56,852 bases of DNA from Gonapodya sp. JEL0774 (taxonomy: Eukaryota): assembly GCA_027604505.1 (NCBI GenBank), contig JADIIX010000142.1, positions 1-56,852 of the forward strand. The letters run 5' to 3'. This document shows positions 1 through 11,836 of the stretch, piece by piece; positions within the stretch are counted from its first letter, which is position 1; the number at the start of each line of letters is the position of its first letter. The notes beneath the pieces are model-generated. The model saw only the letters and a list, made by a program, of their open reading frames with translations. It was not told where the DNA came from and did not search any database. A program made the position numbers and the translations under genes.

Positions 1-497
1 CAATCAAGTACCAGCGGTGCGCAGTTTTCTGTCAAAGGAAGTCTGCATATCCTCCGTTGGTCCTAGTAGTCATACAAGTTTTGTACGTCTAAAAACGATT
101 CGGAATGTGTGTTGAAAGATGATCGGAGTGGCAAGGGGAGCGCGGAAACGGCATTTTCATGACTTTTGAATTACCGCAGAAGCGGTGATGCGGAGAAACT
201 GTGGCAATTTGAATTTATATTCGTTCTGGTCCAGGAAATGGGGAGAATCCAAGAAGGGGGACCCCTCCTTCCAACATGTAATGACCGGCATTCTTTGTGC
301 GTACTCAAAGAAGCGGGACCCTCCCTCTGGACTGAATGTCCCGTTTCATGACTTTTGTCGGCAGGGAACGGCCAACCATTTTCCCGATTCAATTTCTCGA
401 AACTCATTATCCTTCACCTTCACGGCCAGTTTCTGACGCGAAGCACATCAATCGCGCTTCTGCCATCGCTCTTTCATCTCTGTTCGCCGCCATATAA

Positions 498-1833
498 ATG
501 TCGGTTGTCAGGTGTGTCACAGATATGTTCACTCCCAGTCCTCAACTATTGCTACTGCCTGCTCATGGAAACTGAAACATCGTGACCAGCAAGCCCATCG
601 TTGCTTCAGGCACGGTGGCATTAGCCTACCTCCGTCTTCTCCAACTCGCGAAGGGACGAAACTCGGCCAAACGATTCCCGACTCTGCCCAACTTTGATGT
701 CTCACCTCTTCTCCAAGTCCTGGCACTGGACGTGGGGATTCAGGCGGGTGGGCTGGTGCGACTGGGACCGTGGCTTTTCGAGAGTGTTCACCAAACTCTC
801 CAACAGCATGTTTCTTAGTTGCTAACGTTTTTAAGACCGAGCTGGTACGAGCCTCGAGCTCGCCACCATTTTAGATACAATCATGTACTGACCTCTTCAT
901 TTAATCTCTGTCACTCACCGCCAGTTCTTCGACTTTTCGGGCAGTCTCACATATCTCGCGTGCATTGCGTGGTCGCTCCTCTCCCGCCCTGCTGCTCCGA
1001 GTGAGAGACAAGTAATCACAAGTGCTATGGGATCTATGTGGGCCTCGAGACTGGGAACGTACTTGCTGGAGAGAATATTGAAGCATGGCAAGGATGAAAG
1101 GGTACGTGGCTTCGGCCAAAAACTCATGCGAATCCTGCCCGAGAAGCGGCAGAGAATTCAGTCATCTGAGTGCTTCTGTCATTTACATTTAGTTTGACAA
1201 AATTAAGCACAACCTGCCTCTCTTCGCCTTCACCTGGGGAATGCAAGCCATATGGATCTTCCTAGTTGGATCTCCGATCTATTTATTAAATTCAATTCCT
1301 GTGGACCAACAACCCCCGACGACAACAGTGGATATCGTCGGGAGGGTCCTTTGGGTGGTCGGTTTTGTGATGGAGGTCAGTCAACAAGTTCGTTTTCGAA
1401 AACGGGCGTGGCTCATGTTGCCTGTTGTCAGACCCTCGCTGATATCCAAAAGAACAACTTCAAGCTTACAAACCCCAACTCACACGGCCCTCGCAACGGG
1501 TTATTTGCGGTTTCCAGACATCCCAATTACGTCGGCGAGGTCCTTCTGTGGAGCGGTAAGCGAGAATCTACGTATTTCTGCCAGCAGTTACAAATTTGCT
1601 CCGTTCTTTGGAACACATTACTCCAAAAAGGCATAGCCCTCTCTGCCTCCCCCGCCTTCAACAAATCCGTTCATTATGTTACTTTCATCTCCCCCCTGTT
1701 CTCGTACTATATCTTACGTAACTTATCCGGAGTGCCCATGGTCGAAAAGAGCTGGGCCAAACGTTACGCGGCGGACGCGGGCTACAAGACGTGGATGGAG
1801 ACTACTCCAATTTTTTGGCCCAGGTTTTGGTAG
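498..1833 (+). CDS. DUF1295 / steroid 5-alpha-reductase-like membrane protein (multi-exon)
   Basis: Hand-spliced from ATG 498 with first intron 512-589: MSVVSKPIV...GIQAACFLVANVFKTELFFDFSGSLTY...WASRLGTYLLERILKHGKDERFDKIK...ADIQKNNFK...GLFAVSRHPNYVGEVLLW...LSGVPMVEK...Y..WMETTPIFWP. The SRHPNY.GE and SG.P..E motifs are typical of DUF1295. Confidence 0.88.
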
Positions 1834-1950
1834 GCGTGAGAATGGAAGAGAGAGTCATTGTTGAATATTTAGGGGTACAAAACAGAAAGGTTGACAACAG
1901 ACACAATAATCGCCACACAAAATTCACACCTTCCAGTAATGCGGCGCCTG

Positions 1951-2733
1951 CTACCAGTTCCACACGTTCCACGATTTATGCCCGTTGGGCTTTCCCATTT
2001 CCCTGCCGCATCGGTTTTCGTCCGCATCCGCTTTGCCCATACTCTTCCGAACTTCGACCCTCCAAAAAAGGTCGCTCCTGTCAAAGTGTCCGAGCTGAGA
2101 TTGGTGAGAGGACAACGCTGCTCGATGGGGGACGGTGTCGAGACTCCAGAGCTTATCATCGCTGTGTTTTGTCATTGGGGAGACTCTTGACAGATTGGAG
2201 GACGCGACACTAAAAGTGAGGATGATACTCCTCCCCTCTTTCTTAGTTTGCTAAGACTAAAAGACTCGCTGATTCTGTGCTCGTGGTCTCCTCCTCCTCC
2301 TTCCACCGGGCAAACGCTGTAAGGCGGTGGAACAACACGATTTGCTTAAGCAAGCACTCGACAGACACGTCGCGCTTCTTGGGCATATTGCGAACGCTAT
2401 GGATGGGAGGGCTTCGAGGGTTGAGGCTGCGAGGGAGAGCAGGAGGCGGAGAAGGGGAGGGAAGAGGGAATGATGATTATCGTGCCACCAAACATGGGGA
2501 GAGCTGGATCGGACAACAGTCGCGTATATCCCCGTGGCTTCCCGTGTTGCTCAACAACTCCACTATGCATTTCGAAACGGCTGGCACCCCACTCGCCCCT
2601 TTCCTGGACCGCTTCCTGGTTTCAAACTACCCCTTCACCACCACTGTTCTATCCACTTGAACAACTACACTTCGTACCACTACCATATCATGAACAGATG
2701 ATTGGACGATGAAGATGTTTTTATCGATTTCTG
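1951..2733 (-). CDS. Hypothetical small spliced protein (about 90-100 aa); 5' end uncertain
   Basis: Exons ~2733-2678, 2396-2369, 2316-2270 and 2094-1951 join in phase (GT-AG, GT-AG, GC-AG) to give ...IDKNIFIVQSSVHDMVVRSQYAQEARPFARWKEEEETTSTESLGHFDRSDLFWRVEVRKSMGK...WNVWNW*. No family recognised. Confidence 0.45.
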
Positions 2734-2937
2734 TACTGTATTATACCAACTCGGTGGAGACATCCCCGTGAAGATTCTATGTAACAGTGTAATAGAAATA
2801 ACATGTGACATTGTGTTGTGGAAGTGCATGAAGAAATTGGAGGAAAGGATCTCGAAACTATGAGTGCGAGACATTGATTCAGTCGCCGCCGTCTGGTGGA
2901 CCGAAACCGTCTTCGCATTGGCCATTGCGAAAATCCG

Positions 2938-5480
2938 ATGTACAACGCGCGACCGCCGCCTGCCAAACGGCGACGATTGTCTGGATTTAACAACTGTAGT
3001 GATGATCAGTTGGCTGCTTCTCAACCTCGTTGCGTTGGTCAGCTTGACCTCTTGCTCCAATGCCCTGTTTGCACCGGCCCTTACTCAGAATACCCCCCAC
3101 TGACCGCCAGCGGATGCGGACACGTGGCTTGCTCGCTGTGTGTAAGACGCCATGTTGCCGAACGTGGGGAGTGCGTCGCGTGCAGGCAGAGCACTCTCGA
3201 GAGCTCGCTCAAAGTTGACAGAGCGTTGGCAGACGTCGCTCAAGCATGGTGGGGCAGTGGTAGAAAGGAGGTGATGGCTATGGCGGCAACGGCGCAGGAA
3301 CTGGTTGCGGCTCTGGAGCAAGAGCGGGAGAAATCGAGTTCTAACGTAAACTCACCAGCACCCCATGCACCCTCTGGCATCGCGGACGTGATTGACCTCA
3401 ACGCATCTGGGAAGAAAGCTGTAGAGGAACCCATTCAACCGCTTCGACGTGAGTGTTGGCGGCCATTCCACCCATCCCCTTTCTCTGGGTCGAAACAGTT
3501 ACTCACAACTTCCTCACAGCCTCCGATAAAGTCTCTTGCCCCCTTTGCACCTCACTCGTTCGCTTTGCACGGCTCAATGCTCACATTGACGCTGGGTGTT
3601 TACCTTCTCCACCCGATCTCCATGCACTTGTGCCCACTAAGGAGTTGTCGGGGTGGCCCCGGTTTTTTAAGAGAGATGTCACGCCAAGTGGATCTGAGAC
3701 TGCGGCTGGTGGAACAGTGACAGGAAAAAGCAGCATTGGCGAACAGCCTGCTGCCATTCCGCCTGCACAGATCAAACGGAAATCGAATCCCACGACAGTC
3801 TCCACCACCAGCGCTCCCACTTTCAGGATTCACACATCAGCACCCAACCGCGACTCAGATGACAATACTCCTTTCGATGTTGATTCGGCATCTCATTCCC
3901 CACATTCTCCCAATCATTTGCAACACTGCGTTGCACCACCACAGACTTGCGTAGTGGATGTGGACTCACTGGGCCTCTCTTCACCCTCTCAGTCACATCG
4001 ACCATCCCCCGCATCCTCAACTCGTCCCACCTCATCTTACTTCTCAAATTCACGGTTGGTCTGCTCTCCCAGTTCCCATTTAGTTTTGCGTCTTCCTAAG
4101 ATTTCCATTCTTTCCTCGTCTGATTTTCCTTGCCGACGTCAAAGCCCAGCACCCGTCCCTCCACGCCGTCTTCCACCGCCTGTCCTCTCCCTCCTTACCG
4201 CTCCACAGCTCCGTGCCCACCTCCGTCGGCACGGGCTTCCCTTAGACGGCACAAAATCTCAGCAAGGACGACGCCTAGTGGAGTTTGTAACAAGATGGAA
4301 TGCGGAATGTGATAGGGGGGTACATAGGGGCCGACGCAAACTCGTGGAAGAAGTCTCTGCGTGGGAGCGGGCGATTTCAGCGAGCTCGGGGGGCGGCGCG
4401 AGTGGAAACGCGGGTGTGGGAGCGAGTAGCGGAGTTTGTGCGACGGCGGGTGTGATACAGTCTGCCGGCCAAGAAGGCAACGGACCCGATCCTGGCACCA
4501 CACTTGTCGCAATCTCCACTTTCAATCGCAACCGTGAGCGGGCACTAATGGACCCCCGGTCCGCGCAGTTTGACGCAGCACTGTGGATGCACACGTACAA
4601 GGAAGAATTTGAAGAGTTGGTGGAGAAAGCGAGACAGACATTTGTTCAAGGAAAAGCGTCGACCCAGAGTGGTAGTACGACGAAGTATAAAGAAAGAGCT
4701 AATGATGGGACTAGAGGCAAACTCGGTGAACCGGCTGGGAATGAATATGTGGATGAAACAATCATGAGAAAGTCCAGCGATGTGTTGGATGGAAGGCATC
4801 ACCCGGGTGTAAGCGAAGAGTCCATTTCGCTTGATATGCACGAGGACTTAAAGGAGGGCAAAATGGAGGGCGAAGACGAGAGTGAATATGGAGACGAAAA
4901 TGGTGCCAATGAATCGAACGGACTCGACCAAGTGGATTTCGGAGAAGATACCGCCGAAAACAGAGATGGAACCTGTGAAGAAGTATGCACCGAGGATGAG
5001 ACAACAGATGGATGCGACAGCAGTGACAACTATCCCAAGGGTGATGGAGAAAATGACGAAGTCATGTCCGACCAAGATGAGGGTGCGGAAGGACCCGCAT
5101 TTGGTGGACAAGGGCGGTCGTTTTCGAAGTGGAGGCCAGACGAAGATGATGATATTCAAGGCAATGCCGGCGAGTGGAGTTTGAGTGGCCGTGCCACCGT
5201 TGGAATTGGTCATGGGTTCAATGCAGATGTTGACGGGATTGAGAACACGAGTGGAGCATTCAACGGTAGCGGAAGATGGGACAGCGCAGCACGACCGCGA
5301 GTGCTGGAGGAGAGCCAATTGTGTAACGCTAATAGCGCCGGTGCTGGGAGGTTTGTTGGTGCTGTGGGCGGGCCGGGGTCCAGAGTCCATGAGAGTTTAG
5401 GAATCACCGTTGCAAACCATTCGGAGCGTGGTTTAGCATTCAAGGATAAAATTCGCAAGTCCTTTTTCGGTGTAGGTTAG
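2938..5480 (+). CDS. RAD18: Post-replication repair E3 ubiquitin ligase Rad18
   Basis: C3HC4 RING (CPVC...CGHVACSLC...CVAC). After an intron at ~3449-3520 come a UBZ4 zinc finger (VSCPLC...LNAHIDAGC) and a SAP domain with the Rad18-type continuation (LRAHLRRHGLPLDGTK...EFVTRWNAECD). The tail is acidic. Confidence 0.9.
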
Positions 5481-5825
5481 AGCTTGACAAATACATGGAG
5501 CGGGACCTGAGATACCCCATGTTTTTTTGATGAAAGCCCACGAAACACATACAAAATATTTCAGGTCATTACCGTTGCATCGTGTCACTGGTAGAACATA
5601 TGTTTATGTTGAGTGCTCACAGGCTCAAACCATACCATAAGCCTGTGGACTGCTCAAAGAAATATGTCCCTCGAACTCCCAGTGCCTTTGCCGCCTACCG
5701 CTACCAGTGTTCTCCAGTTCGAGTTAATCACTCCACTTATTGAACCACGCCCGCAACCAGGGTCGATACCATCCCGCCTCCACCATGCAACGAGACTGTC
5801 AACAGCTCCAGACAACACGCCGAAA

Positions 5826-7364
5826 TTAGCGGATGAATGTTCCCCCCAATGAGCGGCTCCCCTCAGTCTCAGTCGCAGCAATTTCCATTTGCAACGTCAG
5901 TGGAAGGGTCTCATTCTCGTCTGCTGAACCGCTGTACGCGTCAATCTTGTCCGGCTTATGAACCATCATGAGCGCTAGAATGAATAAGAGGTGGAATAAG
6001 CTCCCGAAGAAAAGTTTGCGGGCCGTTTTTTCATCAGCGTGACGATGGAATCGATAAGCTAGGTAAAGCAGTGCGCCATTGGGAACAGTGGAAGTGACTG
6101 CATAGAGGGGACCGACCACCCCTGTGAAGGGTGCTGCCCATCCAATGAGTAACAGTGCTATCGAGTGACGAAGTGCAACACGGGTGGTAAGGTCTGGGTC
6201 GGTAACAGCCATCATACGATACCCTGCTTTGGAGTAGTCAGGGACCAGATTCCATGAGAGTCCATTGAAATGCGGGAATTGCCAGGAGTACAGGGTCGCA
6301 GCGAGCACCCACGGTGCAAAAGAGGTGGTTAAGGAAGTAGGATCTGCCGCGAGGTATCCCATGACGGGTGGAATGGCCCCGACAACGGCGCCAATCCAAG
6401 TGTTGGAAATATGAACCCTCTTCAATGGGGTGTAAATTGCGGCATAAAGTGCAATGTTGAGTGCGCCGAGGACGGCAACCGGGGCGTTGACGAAGTAGAA
6501 GAGCACGGACGTGCCGCAAAATGCAGCAGAGACTCCAAAGAGCCATGCGTGCACGGGAGATACTGTGTGGCGAACAAGAGGGCGGGTTCGCGTACGGCGC
6601 ATTTGTGCATCAAAAGGGGATTCAGCCCATTGGTTGAAGGAATTTGCTGAGGCCACACAGAGAGAGGTGCCGAGGGTACACCAGAACAAAGTTGGTAAGG
6701 AGGCAGCAGTGGGTGCGAGGGCGTAGCCGCAGGCTGCGGTGAGAACGACGTAGAGGGCGAGACCAGCTTTGGAGAGGGAGCTATACACGGAGAGCGAGAA
6801 TGTAGGGGGAGGGGACCAGCGGAGGGGCTGCGTCGCAGTGGGAGTGCCGATAGGAACTCCGGAGGAGCCAGTGTTGGCCGCAGTGTCGGTCTGAAGAGAA
6901 GCGAATTCAGACTTTGTAGTAGATAAGGCAGATGGAGCAGCTGAAGTAGGGGATTGAGGGTGGGTTTGGCTTGTGATTTCATTTAAGTGCTGCTTGCCCC
7001 ACTGTTGCGCTTGTTTCGGAGAGTTTGCCGCTACAAGAGATGTTTGCCGAGAACTGAGCCACACAGATAGTGGCCGATTCAATCGAGAGATATGGAATGT
7101 CTGTGCTTGTCGGCATGCGTTTGTATTGAGCGGGGGCCGAATTTGCATCGTCCAGTCGCAACGTGGTCCCACTCCCAAACTTCTGCTCCGGACAAGCAAC
7201 AATGGCCACCCCGTCATCCCATAATCGTCAGTAGAGAGCACTGACCGTGTACAGATTGTTCGATTTCGTCCCGGTTGGGCGATCGCTGGGATATTTGCAA
7301 CTCCTTTGACCCATCTTGGATACGCCTTCATCCACGTCTGCACACTTGCCATGCGAGCAGACAT
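5826..7364 (-). CDS. COX10: Protoheme IX farnesyltransferase (heme O synthase), mitochondrial
   Basis: UbiA/Cox10 motifs ANSFNQW.E..FDAQMRRTRTRPL, YTPLKR...NTWIGAVVGAIPP.MG, WQFPHFN.L and DY.KAGYRM. Basic N-terminal presequence. The N-terminal region may contain an in-frame intron. Confidence 0.93.
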   Translation of the reverse strand: MSARMASVQTWMKAYPRWVKGVANIPAIAQPGRNRTICTRSVLSTDDYGMTGWPLLLVRSRSLGVGPRCDWTMQIRPPLNTNACRQAQTFHISRLNRPLSVWLSSRQTSLVAANSPKQAQQWGKQHLNEITSQTHPQSPTSAAPSALSTTKSEFASLQTDTAANTGSSGVPIGTPTATQPLRWSPPPTFSLSVYSSLSKAGLALYVVLTAACGYALAPTAASLPTLFWCTLGTSLCVASANSFNQWAESPFDAQMRRTRTRPLVRHTVSPVHAWLFGVSAAFCGTSVLFYFVNAPVAVLGALNIALYAAIYTPLKRVHISNTWIGAVVGAIPPVMGYLAADPTSLTTSFAPWVLAATLYSWQFPHFNGLSWNLVPDYSKAGYRMMAVTDPDLTTRVALRHSIALLLIGWAAPFTGVVGPLYAVTSTVPNGALLYLAYRFHRHADEKTARKLFFGSLFHLLFILALMMVHKPDKIDAYSGSADENETLPLTLQMEIAATETEGSRSLGGTFIR

Positions 7365-7803
7365 TGTTGAACCCAGCTGCTGCGTTTTCTGCTTTTCTGC
7401 CCGACCAGCCGTCTCTGTCTGTTTCCGCGAACGATGGTGTTTGGAAAACGTTTTTGGTTCTGTGAGTCACAGGCAGAAGCAGTAGAAGTCTGTGCTTATC
7501 AAAAGGAACCCATGGCTGATCCCCAGCAACACTTAGCAACTTATAGACGGGCATTCCGTACCGTTAACTGGACGACGGTAGAGGACCATCTTCCCTTCAC
7601 CCACCAAGTCCATGTATTTACTTGTGCTGCTGGAGCATCCAGAGGAAGTAGTAGTCACAGACGTTCATACATTCGCAGAAGAAATCGTGATTACTTGAAA
7701 TTGAGACATATAGAGTTTAAGTCAAACAACAATAAGTACTAATAATGTTTTTCGACTTGTGCCTTGCAGCCCACTGTGAGCTCACGGTTCCCGACCGTGT
7801 GAT

Positions 7804-9366
7804 TTACTGCCTATACTTTTTGCTGCCTCTGATGGCGTTGGGTCCGAATCTCAACGGATCCCACAACTTGTACTGCAACAAGAATCCGACCAAGGCGAAA
7901 ACGGCAGAGCCCACCAGCATACCGACTTTCAGGCGGCGGAACGAGAGACGTCAACGAAAATGCCAATGTGCAGCGTCACTTCGATCAGGAATGAGTACTC
8001 ACTAAGTTGGTTCGTGAGCTGGTAGGAAATAGTTCCGCCTGCTGCGAAGTTCATCCACGACTGCAAAAGCTGGTAGAATCCCGTTTGGGCGAAGAAACTA
8101 GGCGGAGGTACATAACGATAACTTGAAGTTGGAGATATGCGAACCCACGGAAAGCACTTACTCGATACCCGTGAACGCTGCCAATGATCCCGCAATGGCA
8201 GATGCAAGGATAATGATAAAACGCTCGAAGAAAATGGCAGCGATGGCGCCAATAATGCTCATCTGCGAAAAGAGGATCAGTGAATAGCCAAGAAAACAGG
8301 TGAGTATCAACGATAAAACGAAGTTGATTGCCTCCAGAACAAATTATACAAACCAAAACCAAGAAAATGGCGAATCCGGTTGGGTATGGCAAGAGGCCAC
8401 CTGTCTTCAATCCCTGAATGAAGAATGCCAGGCATGCTCCTCCGAGTGCACCCAATATTGAGATAGCAACGTTCCACAAGAACCATCCGAAGATACCGCC
8501 CAGGATTCCCGCTACGATCATGATAATAAGATAAAACGCTTCACGGGAAAGAGAGCCAATGGCGTATCCAGTTGAAGGCTCCACATTAACTAGAATTAAG
8601 TCTGCCATGGGGAACAATATGTTGAATGTTCAAGGGCAAACAAATCTGCTGTGTTGTGTCGGCACTCACACGCTATCGCTCCAAAGAACAAAGCTCCGGT
8701 AAAGAACATAACGATACGGAAGAGACGGTACCCGAAAAAGACAAAGAGCTGTGATGGAAAAGGGTGAATGATGTGAGAAAACATTCCGCGGTTAATTGTG
8801 CAGTTCGAAATGTTTTCAATCTGACAGACACTGGACCGGACAAAGACTATAGGAGGGGATCATCCAGGCGATTAACCCTAGCATCCACGTTCTGATTAAA
8901 GTAAAGTGGATCGCTAGGCCAATGGATCACAAGCACGGGGCACGAGGATTTGAAACCACCGAACTTAGATAGTCCGTGGTTCGAAGCCCCCGAAGTCAGA
9001 CCGTCTGTTCGGTAAACCAAGGGTCACGATAACCCGTAAGCAAATCCGTGCTAAATCGTGCTTGTCTCTCATTCTGTGGGATCTTGCTGCTCCGCGAACG
9101 GTATTGCGCTCGCTTCGAGAGTAACGGTTAGCACTCACAATTCCAATGACAATTAGCAGGATTGCCATGACGTAGTTCGTAGGCCCGCTACTGTTGGCAA
9201 AAATAACTGCGAGACCTTTGGCGCCGTTTCCTATTGTCTGTCCAACTTGACCGACCGTCTGGCCAACATCTACCGCAGATGCCATGGATATTAAGGTGGA
9301 GAGCAAGAGTAAGAAAGTCGGCAAGTAGCATCTCGAAACAGATCCCGATAAAATGAGGCGAGCCAT
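7804..9366 (-). CDS. Multi-pass membrane protein, TM7S3/TM198 (DUF4203)-like
   Basis: Signal-like N-terminus, then LFVFFGYRLFRIVMFFTGALFFG and Gly-rich helices (AGILGGIFGWFLW...LGALGGA), ending in ...GFLLQYKLW...KKYRQ* at 7804. Several GT-AG introns. Confidence 0.75.
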
Positions 9367-9776
9367 GTTGTGGGTATGCAGGTCTCGCCGAAGATTCGGT
9401 TTATATGTGTGAGCAAAAAGCGTCACAGTGACCAATTCCCTCATGAGGCGTGGTTCTGTGTCCTTTTTGGTAACCTCAGCAAGGATAATATGCACGTGAT
9501 GCAAACAGATAATTAACACACAGGGTACATACATACATAGCTAGAAGGATTATTCGTGGATAGAGGTATGCGACAGGGAAAGAAAGATATTCATAATCTC
9601 CGACGCTTTCACAAACCAGGAACATGCGACCACATCTCACAAAACGGTGCAAATTCCCGGCTATGTATGGTTGTATTCGATGTTCACTTGACGTTATTTA
9701 ACGAGTCTGGTAGAGTTTCGTTTGTGGTTTTCACAGGACCGGGCACACCACTGTCAGCAAGTAAAACAACAACAAC

Positions 9777-11451
9777 ATGACCACCAGCGACTCTCCCGCA
9801 CCACCAACAGAGGAATCTTCCAACAAAACCTCTCCTCCAGCCAATTCTGCTCCTGCGGCTGCGGATGGCCCCGCTTCCGAATACACATCCATAATCACCA
9901 GCCCTACCACTTACGACGTGAAACACCCACTCAACTCACCGTGGACTTTGTGGTACGATACACCAGGGCAGAAGAGAGCGAATGCATCGAACTGGCAGTT
10001 GGTAAGTGTGATGGGGGTTTGATGGAGTAGACAAGTTAGAGTGCAAGTGTATAAAACCAGGAATTGCTTCGATTGGGAGTTTTCTTTGGATGGATCGGGA
10101 ATAATAGGACGCGACCGTCTTCTCTCTGATGGTCAAATGGATTCTTCCTTTCGGGAATGTACGGGATGCCGGAGAACAGGACTGGAGCTGGGAACAGAGA
10201 GAGAGACAAAAGAACACGGTGACCTATTCCTATCCTCCCTTTCTACAAACTTCTCGCTTTATTCCGATCTTTTTATTTGATCTGTTGCCACCCACAAGCC
10301 AATTCCGCTTTAACGAGTCGTTGGTTCTCTCCGACAGTCACTTAAAAAGCTCGTCACGTTCGACACAGTGGAGGACTTCTGGGGCGTCTTCAATAACGTG
10401 CTTAAAACCTCAGAGCTGGCGCCCGGATCCAACTATCATATTTTCCGAGAAGGAGTGCAGCCAGTGAGTTATGCCTAGTGCAGTTCCAGTCGTTGTCATT
10501 GTTCCTACAGTAATTTGCGGTCCCTGGTCACATTTTCCAAACTTTGTGGACGTCAATGTGCGCGTTAGGCTTGGGGTAAGTTGTCTTGAAATCTGTGTTG
10601 CTTCGGTGGTCTGGTTTGACATACACTATTCTTCGCTACACAGAGGACCCCATGAACACGCACGGCGGAAAATGGACGATGAACACAAAAAAGCGTCCGG
10701 ACACTGACACGATGTGGCTCAACGTGGTGAGTGGGACAGAACGGCGTATCTTCTGTCAACGTGATGGAAGGATCGGACGGTGGGACAAGCACACCAGCAG
10801 GCACATGCGGAGTGTAGATCAAGGCGACTGATGACAAAAATCTCGTGTCCAACTGCTGACTGAATCAATCACGATAATGAGTGATTTGTGAGTGGATACT
10901 GACGCCAATTACAGACCAGATTGGAAAGTGGGAGTGTATTTTATGCGACGTCGATAATCTCCTCTCTAAATCATTTCATGAAACGTATTGAAGCGGTATT
11001 TTTGTGCCCTAATTGCTCTGTAACATGTGGTGGATCTCCCTTTGTGGGAACGAACCACTCCGTAGCTCCTAGCCATCGTGGGCGAAAACTTCGACACCCC
11101 CAGTGAGATCTGCGGAGCAGTTGCCAGTGTACGTGCAAGAGGAGATCGTGTAGCGGTGTGGACAAAGACTGCGGTGAGTGGAGTCAGAGCCAACTGATTC
11201 CAGGGATGGTTTCCGCTGTGATTAATTTGTCTTGAATTCGCGTAGAGTGAACGGTCGGTGCAAGAGCACATTGGACGTCAGCTGAAGGAGATTTGTGGCC
11301 TTCAACCGGAGGAACGAATCGGATATCTTATTCACCACGACGCAGGCAATTCCAAAAATCCTCAGTGAGTTAAAGATATAGGAGTGCGCTTTGCAGCCAT
11401 AGCGTCGGGCCAACTGTCGATTTGTTCAATAGGGACGCGTACAAAGTATGA
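9777..11451 (+). CDS. eIF4E: Eukaryotic translation initiation factor 4E (cap-binding)
   Basis: KHPLNSPWTLWYD, FDTVEDFWG, YHIFREGVQPAWEDP.N..GGKW, MWLNVLLAIVGE, EICGAV.SVR..GDRVAVWT. Seven exons including the 7-nt exon 10569-10575. Stop TGA at 11449-11451. Confidence 0.95.
10823..10906 (+). ncRNA. Intronic box C/D snoRNA (in eIF4E intron 10727-11065)
   Basis: Terminal stem GGCG/CGCC, C box TGATGA at 10829-10834, D' CTGA at 10856-10859, D CTGA at 10899-10902. The D' guide GTCCAACTG is complementary to the LSU rRNA sequence CAGUUGGAC (recalled, not searched). Confidence 0.7.
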
Positions 11452-11836
11452 TGTTCATGTTGGAATAGCAACGCCATGGAAATGGAGCAGTATAGATTTC
11501 ATACCATTGAGAATTGGATTTGCAAATTGATAATATTCGGGAAAGAACTCTTTGAGGTGGTCACCGTCTTCACATTTTATTGCTTTTTTTTTTTTTCTGT
11601 CCAGTATTATATTATGCAAGGGGGGCCTTGCGAGAGCAGTGACTGTGCCACATGAAATGGCGCCATCTCCATGTCTTCTCAGACCGCCGTAGCGGATTTG
11701 ATTTGATCATTTCTTCTGTGCATCCGAAAGTAAAACGGCGCTCCTTAATCATCTAGCTTTCGATACCCCTGATCCTGTATCGCTTGCTTTCCAAATAACG
11801 GCTTTCATCTCTGCTGCATTTCTTATCGGAGACAGA

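Noticed and set aside
6422..6982. 186-aa alternative-frame ORF inside COX10
   Set aside because: Pro/Ser-rich off-frame reading of a GC-rich coding region.
8935..8995. T-loop-like strings (GGTTCGAAGCC on +, GGTTTCAAATCC on -) suggesting a tRNA
   Set aside because: No cloverleaf with acceptor stem, D arm and anticodon arm can be built. The bases are better explained by the intron hairpins.
10112..10135. GTCTTCTCT-CTGA resembling the U6 A47 guide plus D box
   Set aside because: No proper upstream C box or terminal stem, and the segment is paired inside the intron hairpin.
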